In this document: piece by piece, positions 1-12,915 of the stretch
How positions within the stretch are numbered: position 1 is the stretch's first letter
How the letters are laid out: each line of letters opens with the position of its first letter
Assembly (NCBI RefSeq): GCF_963506605.1
Contig: NC_083276.1
Coordinates: 47,740,001-47,804,000 of the forward strand
Source of the DNA: Zootoca vivipara
Lineage: Eukaryota
Reading direction: 5' to 3'
Length of the DNA: 64,000 nt
Translations under genes and position numbers: made by a program
The notes under the pieces: generated by a model
The model's database searches: none
The model's input: only the letters and a program-made list of their open reading frames with translations
What the model was told of the DNA's origin: nothing

Positions 1-47
1 CATGGCAAATGAGGCATGGCAGTGAGACCAAGGAAGATGCCCTGTAC

Positions 48-119
48 CTGATGTGCTGGTGAGACTTAATTCACTGCTTGTGCTTGGCAGTGATGGGCCT
101 GAGGTTCCCTTCTTCTGAC
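48..119 (-). CDS. ZFYVE26: Spastizin coding exon 12 (72 nt); gene continues beyond the left edge
   Basis: QKKGTSGPSLPSTSSELSLTSTS resembles human SNPSLESTSSELSTSTS. Confidence 0.9.
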
Positions 120-398
120 CTGAAGAAGAAAACAAGCAGTTTGCAAAATACACTTTGGCCACACAAAGCAACTGAGAACATTTTATTCCAGGTTCCATGG
201 GAATGATGGAAAGAGAGAAGCCAGTAACATTGATATGATTGTTTGGCCATTAGCCATTGTTAAAAGAATAGCTTATAAAGCCTTGCGGAGGGAGCCTCAG
301 AGGGGCTTCCTCTCTCACATAGAGGACACTGACTAGCACTTACAACATAGGGATACTTGTTTTTCTTTGGCCTCAAGTCTAAAGTGAGCACTGAGAGT

Positions 399-401
<3 letters not shown>

Positions 402-482
<81 letters not shown>
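402..482. repeat. Compound (CT)n(GT)n microsatellite
   Basis: Seen directly. Confidence 0.97.
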
Positions 483-487
<5 letters not shown>

Positions 488-715
488 AAATTTCCATAAA
501 GTTCACATAAACATTCCAATAAATAATGGATTTTTCTTTTATCGGTATATCATCAGTTTTGTTTTGTTTTGAATAATAATAATGATATCTGATTCAGGGC
601 TCTAGTAGACCATGATGGGTCACAGCCCCACAAATCCCCACAATCACAGACATAAAGTTCTGAAAGAGGGGAGCAGAGCTGCACACAAGGTTCTATCACA
701 TTTTCTTCACCTCAC

Positions 716-808
716 CTGGCTTTGGCCTTTGAGACGGGCTGTGCCTTCTCTTTGAGTTGGACCCCCTGGTTAAGTTTCCACATGTTTTACTGGGAACACG
801 TTGACCTC
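716..808 (-). CDS. ZFYVE26: Spastizin coding exon 11 (93 nt)
   Basis: Basic, poorly conserved exon GQRVPSKTCGNLTRGSNSKRRHSPSQRPKP; ctcttctag| and |GTGAG; phase 1-1. Confidence 0.8.
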
Positions 809-865
809 CTAGAAGAGCAACAGTCAGTTAAGTTCTAGCCGCAACATTGAAGCTATTGTGTAAAC

Positions 866-1049
866 CAGCGGTAGTCAACCTTTTTATACCTACCGCCCAC
901 TAATGCATCTTTCTTGATGGTGAAATTTCCTTACCCCCCACCAGCGCTCAATGGAAGGAGGATTCAGCTTGTGCCGTAGAACCCCCTACCGCCCAGCTAG
1001 AATCCTGAAATGCCCACTAGTGGGCGGCAGGGACCAGATTGACAACCCC
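866..1049. mobile_element. hAT-type non-autonomous DNA transposon
   Basis: CAGCGGTAGTCAACC ... GATTGACAACCCC termini; flanks gtgtaaac/atgtaaac. Confidence 0.65.
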
Positions 1050-1618
1050 ATGTAAACTGACACATTTTACTTCTGGATGGGCAGTAAGAGCTACATTTTG
1101 CAGAGCTTGGAGAATTTATGAAGGGACCTGAATGGTGAGGATTTGTGGTAGATAAGCTAAAAAGGGCACTGGGAAACATGGAATGGGCTTACTGGCAACA
1201 GAGAAGCACCTTCTAAGGCAGTCTCACAGTAAGCTGCCCAGAATTAGGGACAAGCATCAAAAATAATGATGGTTACGTTTGACTTTGGCCGGTGAAACCA
1301 TTTTGGGCAAACCACTTCTACCTGTCCTAGCCCCAGAGTCATACATTAAGTCAGGTGTGGGGCAGGTAAGGGCTTTGCCAAAAGAGGCATTGCAAGTGCT
1401 GCCATCTGAAACAGCTGCTATAACAAAGGCAGGGGGTTTCATTATAGGCATCTTGCTGCCTGTGAGATGCTGGCCCTGCCCACCTGTCAAACTGGCCCCA
1501 CCCACCCCTCTCAAGGCACATCCTAATAAGGATCAGTTAAGTTCTAGCCGCAACATTGAGCCATGAATATGTGCCTCTATTTCTTCCCTGGCTCCTTGAG
1601 GGTATGAAGTCTCTTGCT

Positions 1619-1754
1619 CAGGCATCCCCAAACTGCGGCCCTCCAGATGTTTTGGCCTACAACTCCCATGATCCCTAGCTAAGAGGACCAGTTGTCAGGG
1701 ATGATGGGAATTGTAGGCCAAAACATCTGGAGGGCCGAAGTTTGGGGGTGCCTG
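1619..1754. mobile_element. ~136-bp palindromic hAT MITE
   Basis: CAGGCATCCCCAAACT...AGTTTGGGGGTGCCTG TIRs; 8-bp TSD CTCTTGCT. Confidence 0.9.
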
Positions 1755-1819
1755 CTCTTGCTGCTTGCTTGCCCGTTTCAAAGCGCCACTGAAGTAGTAA
1801 GCCACTTGGAACCTCTTAC

Positions 1820-2479
1820 CTGCATTTCTGTTGCTGAGCACTATTTTGTGCCGCCACTGAGCTTCAGAGAGGTACTTGGAGAGCAGCTGCACACGACAAC
1901 TAAAGCCATCTCTGTTAGCAGACACATTCAAGCAGTCCAGCAGTGCAAGCTCTTCCTGAGCCACATGCTTCGAGTCCCAGGGGGAAGAGCCCTCCATTTC
2001 TTTCAGATGGTCCTGGAGCATGTTGAGAATGATCTCCATTGCTACATCATCTGCTAAAAACCCAGAGGTGCCACGGATGAAATGCTTCAAATCCAGATGG
2101 CTCCAGCTGAAGGACTCACATGTCTTGTGATCTGACTGCAAATCATGCAGCTTTGGGATGCTGAGATACTCGTGAGGTGTACCATAGGCAGTGCATGTCT
2201 CAAGTCTCCTTCCGGGCTCTGCCGAGTGCTGTGGACTCGCCGAGGTAGAAGAGCCTTGGCTAGCACAACGCTCAAGCCTCCTGGCGGCACAGTTCTTTTT
2301 CTCAAGGACAGACTCTTCTGTGTTGCCCTCCTCGTGGGGATCATCACCGCAGAGGTCGCTGTAGGAGACAAAGAGCAAGGAGAAGATGTTCTCCAGGAGT
2401 TCCAGGCGTAGAGGAACAGGGACAGTCCTTAAAAACTGCTGGCACTTGGCAAGATACTGAGCAAAGAGACCTGCATAAT
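1820..2479 (-). CDS. ZFYVE26: Spastizin coding exon 10 (660 nt)
   Basis: YLAKCQQFL...LELLENIFSLL...LDLKHF...GFLAD...SEAQWRHKIV; donor CAG|GTAAG. Confidence 0.95.
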
Positions 2480-3099
2480 CTGCATTTGGGGAAACAAAAC
2501 ATTAGAAACAGATTTACTATTTCCCCTGCTCTCTTCATTCAAGGACTGGACGCTCAAGATAAAGGTAACTACCCTATGGGCGTCATGCACCCTGAACTCT
2601 CTAGCCCTGTCTTCTTCCACTTCTTCCTCCTCCAGCACTTTCTTCTACACTTTCTACCTTCTCCCCCATCACATTTTATGACTTCCCTAGGAACTTCCCC
2701 TTGTAAGTTCTTTGGGGTAGGGACATATCATATCTGTTCTTTGCAAAGCAACATAGACACACAGATGGTGCAGAATATATAAAAACCTCTTTAAATAACA
2801 AACCTATGTAGGCATGTCAATATCCAGTCTAAATATCATTTATTTCTAACTCCATATAAAAAGAGTATGCATGATAAAGTTGTATATTGTTTACAAAAAC
2901 AAAACTCAAGAGGGGGGAAAGGTTCTAACTTTAATGTTTGCATGCTAAATATGCAGAAATGCGCCTGAAAATTAGGCAACATTCATATCCCAGCCGCCTG
3001 TCTTAAATGCCCCCAGCTTAAAAACTCTACTGAGGGTTTTGATACAGCCACAAAATAAAGAAGGGATGGGTAGCATTTAGTTGGACATTCAATAATAAG

Positions 3100-3455
3100 A
3101 ATAATAAGAAGAAGAATTTATTATTTATACCCTGCCCATCTCGCTGGGTTTCCCCAGTCACTCTGGGCGGCTTCCAACAGAAAAATAAAATAATTGATTA
3201 AAGATTAAAAGCCTCCCTAAACAGGGCTGCCTTCAGATGTCTTCTAAAAATCTGGTAGCTGTTTTTCTCTTCGACATCCAATGGGAGGGAGTTCCACAGG
3301 CCAGGTGCCACTACCGAGAAGGCCCTCTGCCTGGTTCCCTGCAACTTGGCTTCTTGCAACGAGGGAACCGCCAGAAGGCCCTCAGTGCTGGACCTCAGTG
3401 TCCAGGCAGAACAATGGGGGTGGAGACGCTCCTTCAGGTATACTGGGCCGAGGCC
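3100..3455 (-). mobile_element. L2-type LINE 3' fragment
   Basis: Reverse-complement homology to 37575-37935; AT-rich tail. Confidence 0.7.
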
Positions 3456-3509
3456 ATTTTCAACATCACTTACGTAGCACTGGCCATTTCCAAAAACAGA
3501 ATGCAGGCT

Positions 3510-3672
3510 GTGCCTTAGACCAAGTCAGAGTGTCAGTCCGTCTAAGTCAGTGACTGGCAGCAGCTCTCCAGGGTTTTCGGGGAGAGGGTCCTTCCCAGCC
3601 CTAGAGACTCCGGGGATTGAACCCGGTACCTTCTGCATGCAAGTCATGTGCTTTACCACTAAGCTACAGCTC
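3510..3672 (-). mobile_element. tRNA-derived SINE (Squam3-like)
   Basis: tRNA-like head GAGCTGTAGCTTAGTGGTAAAGCAC...GGTTCAATCCC plus body shared with 10150-10325 and 20078-20230. Confidence 0.65.
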
Positions 3673-4311
3673 TTGCCCTGACACATTAGCCCATCTCATC
3701 CAGATAACAGAAACAAGGTGCAGAATTAGACTAGCAGCACTAGGACAAGGGAGTCAAAGAGAAGGAGTCTACGGATTCATATCTAGCGCAGTCTATAAAT
3801 ATAATCCAAATGCTATCCTCAACAGTGAGCCCATATTAAATAATTCAATTCACAGCTTATCAGGAAAAGAGTTAACATTTTGACCTTGTGCAACAGCTGT
3901 TGTGCTATTTTACACACTCGTAAAAATAAAAAATGACGCAATTGCTCCTACAGTAAGGGTGAATTCTCAGCAGAAGGCCTCCACAAATCAGCCCATTGGT
4001 ATACCCAAACCTCCTACATATGATTGCAACTGCCAATTTCACTCAGCTTGAAAAGGATTTTTATTTAACTGTAAAGGGCTTAAAAAAAGGGAAATACGCT
4101 GTAATACTTCCCTATACATTATGGTCCACCTATTCCAGTTTGTGCACGCATAAAATCTCCTTGCAGAAGCAATGAATGGCTTTAGGGGAGGGTGGAAGAA
4201 AGAGAAGGCACCAGCCCCTCCATAAATCCTTACAGCTTAGTGGGCCAGAGTGTGGTACCCAAAGAGCTAAACCTCTGGAGTAATGCCTTGCTACTTTGGA
4301 GCACCCAACAG

Positions 4312-4443
4312 CAGTAATGGCCAAACTTGGCCCTCCAGATGTTTTGGGACTACAACTCCCACCATCCCTAACAGGGCCAGTGGTCAGGGATGATGGGAAT
4401 TGTAGTCCCAAAACAGCTGGAGGGCCAAGTTTGGCCATCACTG
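4312..4443. mobile_element. Palindromic hAT MITE (same family as 1619)
   Basis: CAGTAATGGCCAAACTT...AAGTTTGGCCATCACTG. Confidence 0.85.
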
Positions 4444-4812
4444 CCCTACACCTCTAGAAATCACTTACTGATCCTGTGGACTCCTTTCTACACCTTTATC
4501 CATAAATTATTACTTGACGATCCTCTCCTTCCATAAACCCCACCTTTCCCCTACAAAGTTTGGGCCAGTGGAGATATCACTGCCAAAGAAATTGATGGGG
4601 CAAAGGAACGAAAGCACACCATCCCATCCGATCATGGAACATGGTGAAATGATGGCACAGAAGATTGCAATCTCTCTTGCTGCACCAGCATTACAGTTCT
4701 GAAAAATAGAAAACCCTATTCAGGTGTGTCTTGTTCTGCAGAAAGAAGTAGATGAACATCGAATAAAAATCAACAATGACTTTTGTTACAAGGTATGTGG
4801 AAGCTACCAGAC

Positions 4813-5025
4813 CTGGGCAAAGGGTCTGATCTGCAGATTTGCCCTCGCCAGGCATCTCCTCAGGGGGGCCGTTGACAAAAAAGTTCCTGCAGTCTTTGCA
4901 ATGTGAATCTTTGTGTGCATTGACACAGAGGGCGTATATGGCATATTTCATGGCACAAAATGCCTGGAAAAGAATGAGATTGCGACGCAGGCTCAAATGA
5001 CTGGAAGCTGCCATCGCCGTTGAAT
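4813..5025 (-). CDS. ZFYVE26: Spastizin coding exon 9 (213 nt)
   Basis: Contains NLILFQAFCAMKYAIYALCVNAH; donor CAG|GTCTGG is weak but gives the required phase. Confidence 0.88.
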
Positions 5026-5815
5026 CTAAAAAAAGAAAGAGAAAGTGGGAAATGGAAAGGTGAGTTTGTTCAGCTATAGGGAAGTTATTAACATTTCCAA
5101 AGCCTGGAATCGGTGCTCCCACCCAATCCCAAACAAGGTTAGAGAAACTGCAGACCAACAACTGGTGTAGCACACGGGGTTGTGTGTGTGTCTGAGGGAG
5201 AGAAGGAAAAATAAAGAAACAGATTGTGGCTGTATTGTGAGTGGATGTGGGCTTTAACCTTTTACCCTCATTGCAGCCCCAACAGGAATTGTCCCTGCCT
5301 ATACCTTCATTTCACAATGAGAAGAGAGCTTTGAATTGTACCAGTGGGAGACCCTCCCCCCTGAAACAATAAACACACACACACGGTTCCAATGAGGACC
5401 ACAGCAGGGGCAAAGGCTTGCAGTTCACACGCCACAGTCCCCATCTGCCTCATCCCCATATACATTGGCTATTAATATCACCCAAAAAACCCTGCACACC
5501 AGTTCATGATTTGCTTTCAGTTTCAAAGAATCGTGGCTTAGCATTCTGTAGGAACCAGAGACTTTAAACAAGCCAACATCAAACTAAATGCTATGAAGCT
5601 GGCTTCTTTAATTGACCATACTTTTCTTTCAAACCACAGTTTCTGGTTCGTAGGCAACACTAAGCCAAGATTTCTTAGAAACGCAAAAGAAAATTCTAGC
5701 AAAGCCCTTCTTGCCATGACAAACAATAGTGTATCCAACAAACAGGTTAGATGGACACTTGGCCATATCTACAGCCGCCTCACACACACACACACACACA
5801 CACACACCAATCTAC

Positions 5816-5979
5816 CTTGAGTTTCTTCTGTGTCCCTGGCTGGAATTGCCTGAAGAAGTTCAGTGACAGCTTCTTCGTTCAGGGCCACAAGATTAGTAAG
5901 ATGGTGCAGAAAGTAAAGGGATGAGTGGGATTCCAAACTGTGCAGGTGCTGCAGAAGAACCTTCTCTGGGATAATATTA
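5816..5979 (-). CDS. ZFYVE26: Spastizin coding exon 8 (164 nt)
   Basis: NIIPEKVLLQHLHSLESHSSLYFLHHLTNLVALNEEAVTELLQAIPARDTEETQ. Confidence 0.95.
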
Positions 5980-6293
5980 CTGCATGAGAAAAGAAGCCTT
6001 GTTTCAGTGGCAGCAAGATTAGCTTGTAACCTCACATTTTTTCAAGAGAAGGATTCACAACACTCTGATTTGTCTGCATGAAGTCTTTTAGATACCTGTT
6101 ATGGGGAATGTAAGTTGAGTGCTTAATGTGTGTAGCAACTGGCCATTGCACACATTCCCCAGGCCTCATGGACATCACCCACGATGTGCACATCCATCCT
6201 TGCAGAACATTTGTAAATCAAATGAATTTTATGTTTTCTCCAGCCATTGTGCACAATTCTCAACAGGTTTCCCCACCACCACCATGCTGTTAC

Positions 6294-6382
6294 CTATTCT
6301 GCTGAATACACCATTCAAGAACTTCCACTTGGGCACATAGTCCATCACAGAAGTCTTTTAATACTGAGTCATTGTGGAGATC
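6294..6382 (-). CDS. ZFYVE26: Spastizin coding exon 7 (89 nt)
   Basis: DLHNDSVLKDFCDGLCAQVEVLEWCIQQN. Confidence 0.94.
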
Positions 6383-6527
6383 CTGTTAAAAAGAAATAGG
6401 TTTGCATCCATTCAAAGCAAAAGAAAAAAGAAAAGCCCTCCAATTCCTCTTCTTAAGAAACTGACTGGAATCAAAGCAAGGGAAAACATTGTGCCTTCCC
6501 TCACAGGCTTAATGAGGCCTGACATAC

Positions 6528-6692
6528 CTGAGATTTGTGAAGAGTCCACAGCAGCATTTTTGCCGATTCTAAACTGTGACACTGAGTCCACCCTAACAAT
6601 ATCAGGAGGCGACTGAGGTGGCTGAATTCTTGCCGTAGTAAACCATTGAGGCTGGAGAAGTCTTCCCTTTTCAATAAAGTTAATGCTGTACC
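6528..6692 (-). CDS. ZFYVE26: Spastizin coding exon 6 (165 nt)
   Basis: GTALTLLKREDFSSLNGLLRQEFSHLSRLLILLGWTQCHSLESAKMLLWTLHKSQ. Confidence 0.95.
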
Positions 6693-7554
6693 CTAGAGAA
6701 AAGAACCACTTGTTTGTTTTAAGACTGTAGAAGGCCTGAGTGGGAAGGAGAGTTAAAATTGCAAATGTTAAAAACAGTTCTAAGAGAATTTTCATGTTCT
6801 GTTCCTATGGCCTGTAGGGAAGCAGCCCCTGGAAAATGTATGGATAAAAAGTGCTATCACTACCCTTCTCTCTTAGTTCCAAATAACTCCCTTCAGCATT
6901 TTATGTAGACACAAATCATTCTAGCATAATGATGATCCAAAACCTGTACTGGGCATGGACCAATTCAAAGGGACTATGGCTATGAAGAATGCATGCCTTG
7001 TATGCGTCAAGGTTCCATGTTTAATCGCGGGCATCTTGGGTACAAAGACCCTTTATTGAGATCTCAGAGAGCTAGCTATTGTCAATTGGGTTGGACAGTA
7101 CTTACAGTGGACGTTCAGCCTGACTCCACAGAAGCAGATGCTAATATCTATATTAAGTGCTTCAACTCACTTAAATCCCATTCACCTTTATACACTATTT
7201 ACACTCTTGTTTCAGACCTTTTCAGAGGCACCATTTCAAAACATATGAAGGGTGTTACCCGTAGCAAGCCCCTTGATTTAGATAGGTAAGCCCACCTTCA
7301 AAAATAAACAAATCCAAGAAAGAAAAACCTAAGTTACACCATGAATCAGAGTAAGCATCTACATAAAGCACACAGAGTACTAGTTTGCAGTTTACCTAAC
7401 TACTAAGCCACTAAAACTGCAGCACATTTGCCAAAGGTCTTGATGATAACGCTGGTAGTGACTTCACAAAGTTCTTTGCCTAACTCAGAAACATTGGCAG
7501 CCACACGATCCATTACTCAACTCCTCCTATGTGAATGTCTCATAAGTGATTTAC

Positions 7555-7685
7555 CAGAATTTGTTCCAAAAAGTGCTTGTTGCTGCTCAGGCAGTAGAAA
7601 TAGGCAGCTTTCCAAGAATGAGCGTGTTCACGATCCAAGAACAATGCCATCACTGCTCGCTCTACATCCAGCTGTTCAGATGTAC
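7555..7685 (-). CDS. ZFYVE26: Spastizin coding exon 5 (131 nt)
   Basis: TSEQLDVERAVMALFLDREHAHSWKAAYFYCLSSNKHFLEQIL. Confidence 0.95.
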
Positions 7686-7854
7686 CTGAAACACCCATAA
7701 GTAGGGTTAATTTCACATATAGTTAAGACACAGAGTAGCACCAAGATGGGCAGTCTCTCTATACATTTCAGCTACAGTCACCAATTATCTTCTGCTTAAA
7801 CTAAGCCAACAATTATCATTGCACAGCAAAGAGAACATGCAAATTTAAACAAAC

Positions 7855-8395
7855 CTTTGCCAGGTGACTTCAGTCCCAGCAGCTTCTCTCTCATCTTCTC
7901 AATGAATACACTGCTGAACAGGTTGAGTAAGGCATGGCTGTCTTTCCTGAGCAGACAGCTGAGCAGCCTCTCCTCTTTCAGCGGGCTCCGCTCAGCCCAA
8001 CAGGCATCCAGAAGTTCTCGGCAGAGAAGCCGTAGCTCTCCAGTCTGATTCTCCACCTCCAAATTCAACATGCCAAGGGCACGATAAATTTCATCCATGG
8101 CCTCGCTCCCACCAGATTCCGACAACTCTGGATTTAGCTGGAGGCGCTTCAAATATTTTAGGGACTCCCAGAGAAAGTCAACGAAGATGTGTTGTGGAGA
8201 GCCGCTGTGTGAGAGCGAAGAGCTCTGCTCAGCAGAGTCTTTCTGGAGAAGCTCCAAGATGGCTTGCAGCTTCCGAGGAGCCTGCAACAGCATCTTTCGG
8301 AGGGCAGAGAACACCTCGGCACTGAACAGCTGCACGGCTCCATCTCTTGGCTTCCTATTTGGCCCATGCCTGTTTCCAAAAGCTTCATATAGTTC
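7855..8395 (-). CDS. ZFYVE26: Spastizin coding exon 4 (541 nt)
   Basis: ELYEAF...SPLKEERLLSCLLRK...SPGK; open frame, AG/GT flanks. Confidence 0.93.
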
Positions 8396-10777
8396 CTGGG
8401 GAAATAGCTGGATTAACAGAAGATTCTTTCCACAAATACAACTGAGAGACGTAAAGAGGTAAGCAGATATATAAAATATGGAGGAGCTGTCAACAGCATT
8501 GGCCCAGTTTACACTGGGGGTCTAAGAGAGCCCCAAACGTAGTTAAACATCTGCAGCTAGACAGCCCCATTCCAGCTCTGTCTGCATACTGCAGCCACCT
8601 CCTACCTGCTTTCTCATCATCCATAGTACAAGGATTCTTCATGGAGCACCAGAGAAGAAATGTTGTTGGGTCCCTGAGACTTCCTTGCTCCTCTCTGGTG
8701 CTACAAGAAGTATCCCCTAAGTGGCAGAGAATGCATGAGCTGATGGTGATAGAACAGAGAGAAGAACTGGAATTAGGTTCTCTGGATGACTGTAGAACCG
8801 ATAGTTGCTACAGCGAAGCAGAGATGTCTGGCCACAGCGAGGATCTTTTTAATTCTCCTGTGTGAACTGGGCCATTGTCTGCTATCTAGGCCAAAGAACA
8901 AGAACTGCAAACACTATTAATGCTTATAGCTATTAAAAAGAAATCAGCAAGAAGATGCAAAATTGACAGAAACAAGAGGAGAAATAAATGATGGGATGGT
9001 GGTGCTGTCCAGCAATTAGAGGGCCAAAGGTTCCCCACCCCTGCAGTGGAGAAACTCCCTTTCTCCCCATGCTGCTCCTGCTGATAAATATGAATTATCA
9101 GGTTATTATAACCCCCACTCCCAATCAGAGACACTCTATCCCACTTGTCACACCCTAGTTAGATTTCCTTCATTTTTGCCAGGAAATAGCTTCTTTGCAA
9201 GAAAACTAATGAACCTGACTATTAAACAAGTAAAGGGCAGAATGAGCATCAAGCATTTCATTATCAAAATATTTTCACGTGCTAGCCTCTCTTGTAAATT
9301 CATTCTACACCTAAAGAGTAGGCCAGGGAGAACTTTAAAATCAAAGCAATAGTTATCAGCTTTAAATAATGAAGTGAAGGTTTCAGAAAGCCATATCAAA
9401 AGTTAGTTACATTTTCAAAGGGAAGCTAAACCAGCTGCATCTTGTACAGAAAGCCGCATGATTTTCTCTTCTTCTTTCAGTCCTATTTAAGGGGTTTCTC
9501 ACCACAGCCATTATGTAGCTGGTTACAGATGTCTGAGTCACGTGAGTTTCTGACTCCATTTTTAAAATCATGACACATGATCCTAGAGCACCTTTCTGTT
9601 CCACAAACATTCATTTTCTTTAATGAAGTTTTTTACACAAGTAGAATGATGTGGTAATATAGGATGCAATAATATCAATAATAAACTGGTGACCTCTTAA
9701 AACAAGTAGAACTCATAAACAGTGTTCCTGGAAAAAATTAAATCAGTTGAACCATTTGGTATTTGATCTCAGGTTGGTAATATCCAGTCCAGAACTGAAA
9801 ACAAAGCACTTACAGGAAAAAACTGAGAAGCCTAAGAGTTTGGCACTAAGACTCAGAACTTTCCCTATTACCTAGACCTTTTGGACTAGAAGACAGAGCT
9901 ATGCAGATCCACTAGCAGTCTGAACAATACTTCATTATGGACCTTAAAACTGAACAACTTTTCTGGAATTGAAGTGGGCCTAACAATTTTACTACACAAA
10001 GGCAGGCAGTTTCCCAACTGTTGTTTATGAGTTATGTTGGAAGGTCCAGAATCCAACATCTAATACATATTAGGTTAAAAACAAACAACCATCAACCTTC
10101 ACAAGAGAGGTGACAAAGTGATAATAAGATAAAATTGTAACATAGGAATATATTTTATACCAAGTCAGTCCACTGGTCCATCAAGCTTGGTACAACCTAC
10201 ACAGACTGGCCTCAACTCTCCAGAGTTTCAAGCAAGATTCTTCCCCAACCCTTCCTAGAGCTGCCAGCATTTGAACCTGGGGCCTATTGCATGAAAAGCG
10301 TGTGCTTTCCCACTCAGCTTGGCCCTTCCCCAAATTAATGCATCCAAAGTATGACTGTTCCCCTTGAAGGAATCAGTGAAATTCCCAATAATCAATCATC
10401 TTCAGAAGGCTGGAGCTGACTGGCAATAAACCTAAGCATAAGGGGGAAGCCTCGCTGGCAAACATCCACAGAGATGACCATCAAAACACTCAAGAAAACT
10501 AGGTTACATAGGTTATATATTTTTGAACAAGCCACACAAAGTTCACTTAAATATGCATGGATTTAGACCAAAAAGTGAAGCGGTGACTGCTCATCTGAAT
10601 CACAGCCAGCTAACTCCTGGATCACCCCACATTTCATATGAATTCCAGGAGTTGGAATTATCTCAGGGCTGTACTGCTCAGCTGTATTTGTTGTTCATAC
10701 ACGAGCTTTGCACACATAAGAGCAACATTAAATGTAACATCTGTTGAACCAAGTTCACCCTCAAGAAGTAATCACAC

Positions 10778-10867
10778 CTTTAGAACAGCATGTGAGACAT
10801 CCTTTTCTAGTTCTTCTAGGAGAAGCAAGAACTCAATTTCTCTCTGGAGAGCTTCTGGAACTGTTTT
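10778..10867 (-). CDS. ZFYVE26: Spastizin coding exon 3 (90 nt)
   Basis: KTVPEALQREIEFLLLLEELEKDVSHAVLK; ttccag| and |GTGTGA. Confidence 0.92.
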
Positions 10868-11144
10868 CTGGAATGAATAGAGAGAACAGAAATTGGAATG
10901 ATATGTATTATAATAGGTATGCAAATAAAATATATCTAGTGAGCGCTTCTTGGCAGACATTTTAGATGTTTTAAAGCTTTTAGGAGCTGGGCAGAGATTG
11001 CAACTTATTTCCCAGTCTACTTTGATACTTCCTGCTCAAATAGACTAATTTCAAATAGACAGGGATTCAGCCAACAACTTGCCAGTACTTATAAACCAAA
11101 TATTTGGTTCAATTAGTTTTAAAGATGACAGCTACAATCTAGGG

Positions 11145-11280
11145 CAGGCTTCCTCAAACTCAGCCCTCCAGATGTTTTTGGCCTACAACTCCCATGATCC
11201 CTATCTAGCAGGACCAGTGGTCAGAGATGATGGGAATTGTAGTCTCAAAACATCTGGAGGGCTGAGTTTGAGGAAGCTTG
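11145..11280. mobile_element. Palindromic hAT MITE
   Basis: TIRs; TSD atctaggg/atctaagg. Confidence 0.85.
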
Positions 11281-11907
11281 ATCTAAGGGAACAATTTATG
11301 GGAACCTTGCAGAGAGCTGGAGGGTGGTGCTTTTGCCAGCGGCAGGGGCAAGGGCATTGCCAAATCTAAAAGAATGTTTTTGCCCCACTGATTCAGTAAG
11401 ACTGCCACCTTTCTTACTAGGTCAACTTCTATGACTATACCAGCTGCTTAGCACACAGAAACGAAGCAGAGGATTTTCTTATCACTTTATCCCCATGACA
11501 GAATCTATATCTGTGTAAGTTCTGCATGTCAGTCTGCCTTTCAATGCACAAGGGCAGGGACATCAAAAACTTAGAACTGCCACTGGTGTTTTGCAATAAT
11601 TGAAAAGAAAGCATCATCATATGCATCATTTTGCTATTTGAACAAAGGTAGCTATTTTGCATTGTGGCCTATCCATTCAGAATATCAACAGGACTTGCAC
11701 TAGCAAATCAATTGAAGAAGAGCATAATGTTACAGTCATAGCCAAAGTCTTCTTTAATGGTCTTGTGATTTATTTTTATTTTTTTGTAATTACTGAAACA
11801 GCAGCAATTCTCAAACTTCATTAGGCAGTACAAAATTTCTCAAATAAGGACAGAAGTATTTTCTTATCTACAAAATTTCTCAAATAAGGACAGAAGTATT
11901 TTTTTAC

Positions 11908-11986
11908 CTGCTCCCATGCAAGCCAAGTCTGCAAAACAAGGAGCCAAAACCAAGCAAGTTTTTGAGGACTACGGTTCGATCCACAC
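11908..11986 (-). CDS. ZFYVE26: Spastizin coding exon 2 (79 nt)
   Basis: (R)CGSNRSPQKLAWFWLLVLQTWLAWEQ; AG/GT flanks, phase-consistent. Confidence 0.93.
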
Positions 11987-12724
11987 CTACAAGGAGATAT
12001 CCCAAAATTAGTCATTTTCTATACTAAATTCATTTATCTAAAAATCTCAGTAGATTTTGAACTGCAGCCTTAAAAAGAGCAGCTCATAACCCCCAAAGCA
12101 ATGGTGCTCAAAGCTCTACCACAATCAAATCCATCCTTGAACAAAGGAAATTCAAAGGGAGACTACAAGATGAAAGCAGTAAATGGCAGTACTGTATATC
12201 AAGAGGTTCAGTACTATTGCTTGTCTATGGAATTGCCAAAATCATTTGACATCACATTACATGTAATAACTGACTTACAAATGTCAGGATACCTGTGTTT
12301 TCAAACATTGTTTTTTGTGAATCGTCACTGTTATGTGATTCTCACCATCTGCACATTTCTGCATTCCACTTCCTTCTTTCATCAAAGTTTACAATCACGC
12401 TTCCCTTCTGCAAATACTTGCTATTCAGGATTGGAGTTGACAGAAGTCTATGTCATAATAAATTTCTTAGTCAATAATCTTTGTTAATAGCGTTGGAAAT
12501 GATTAACACTGCTGCCCTTTTGAAATGAATAAGGAACACATTTAAAATGCACTTTAAGGCTCCATTCACTTACCTGGGAAAAAGCCCCACTGAAAATAAT
12601 GGGACTTACTTCAGAGCATCTATGTATAGCACTGCACTGTAATATTTTAAAACTTGCAACTTCAACTTTCACGCACTTTTTCTACTTTCAACTGTTAGTT
12701 ACCAAAAGTCACTGTAGCGCTCAC

Positions 12725-12915
12725 CTCATATGAGAAGGGCAGACTATTAGAGCATGAAGGATCTTTTCCACTTTTTCACAGCCATCTTCCTGCCACCGGT
12801 GTAACTGAGGAATGCAGGCCTGTGCAAGTTCCCAGTCTTCCCTCTTCACACAATCACAAAAAAACCAGAAGAGCTGTTCCAGGGATGCAGATTCCTCCTT
12901 ACCAAATGGATGCAT
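12725..12915 (-). CDS. ZFYVE26: Spastizin, first coding exon (191 nt)
   Basis: MHPFGKEESASLEQLFWFFCDCVKREDWELAQACIPQL matches the spastizin N-terminus (human MNHPFGKEEAASQKQLFGFFCECLRRGEWELAQAC); donor AG|GTGAG. Confidence 0.96.
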
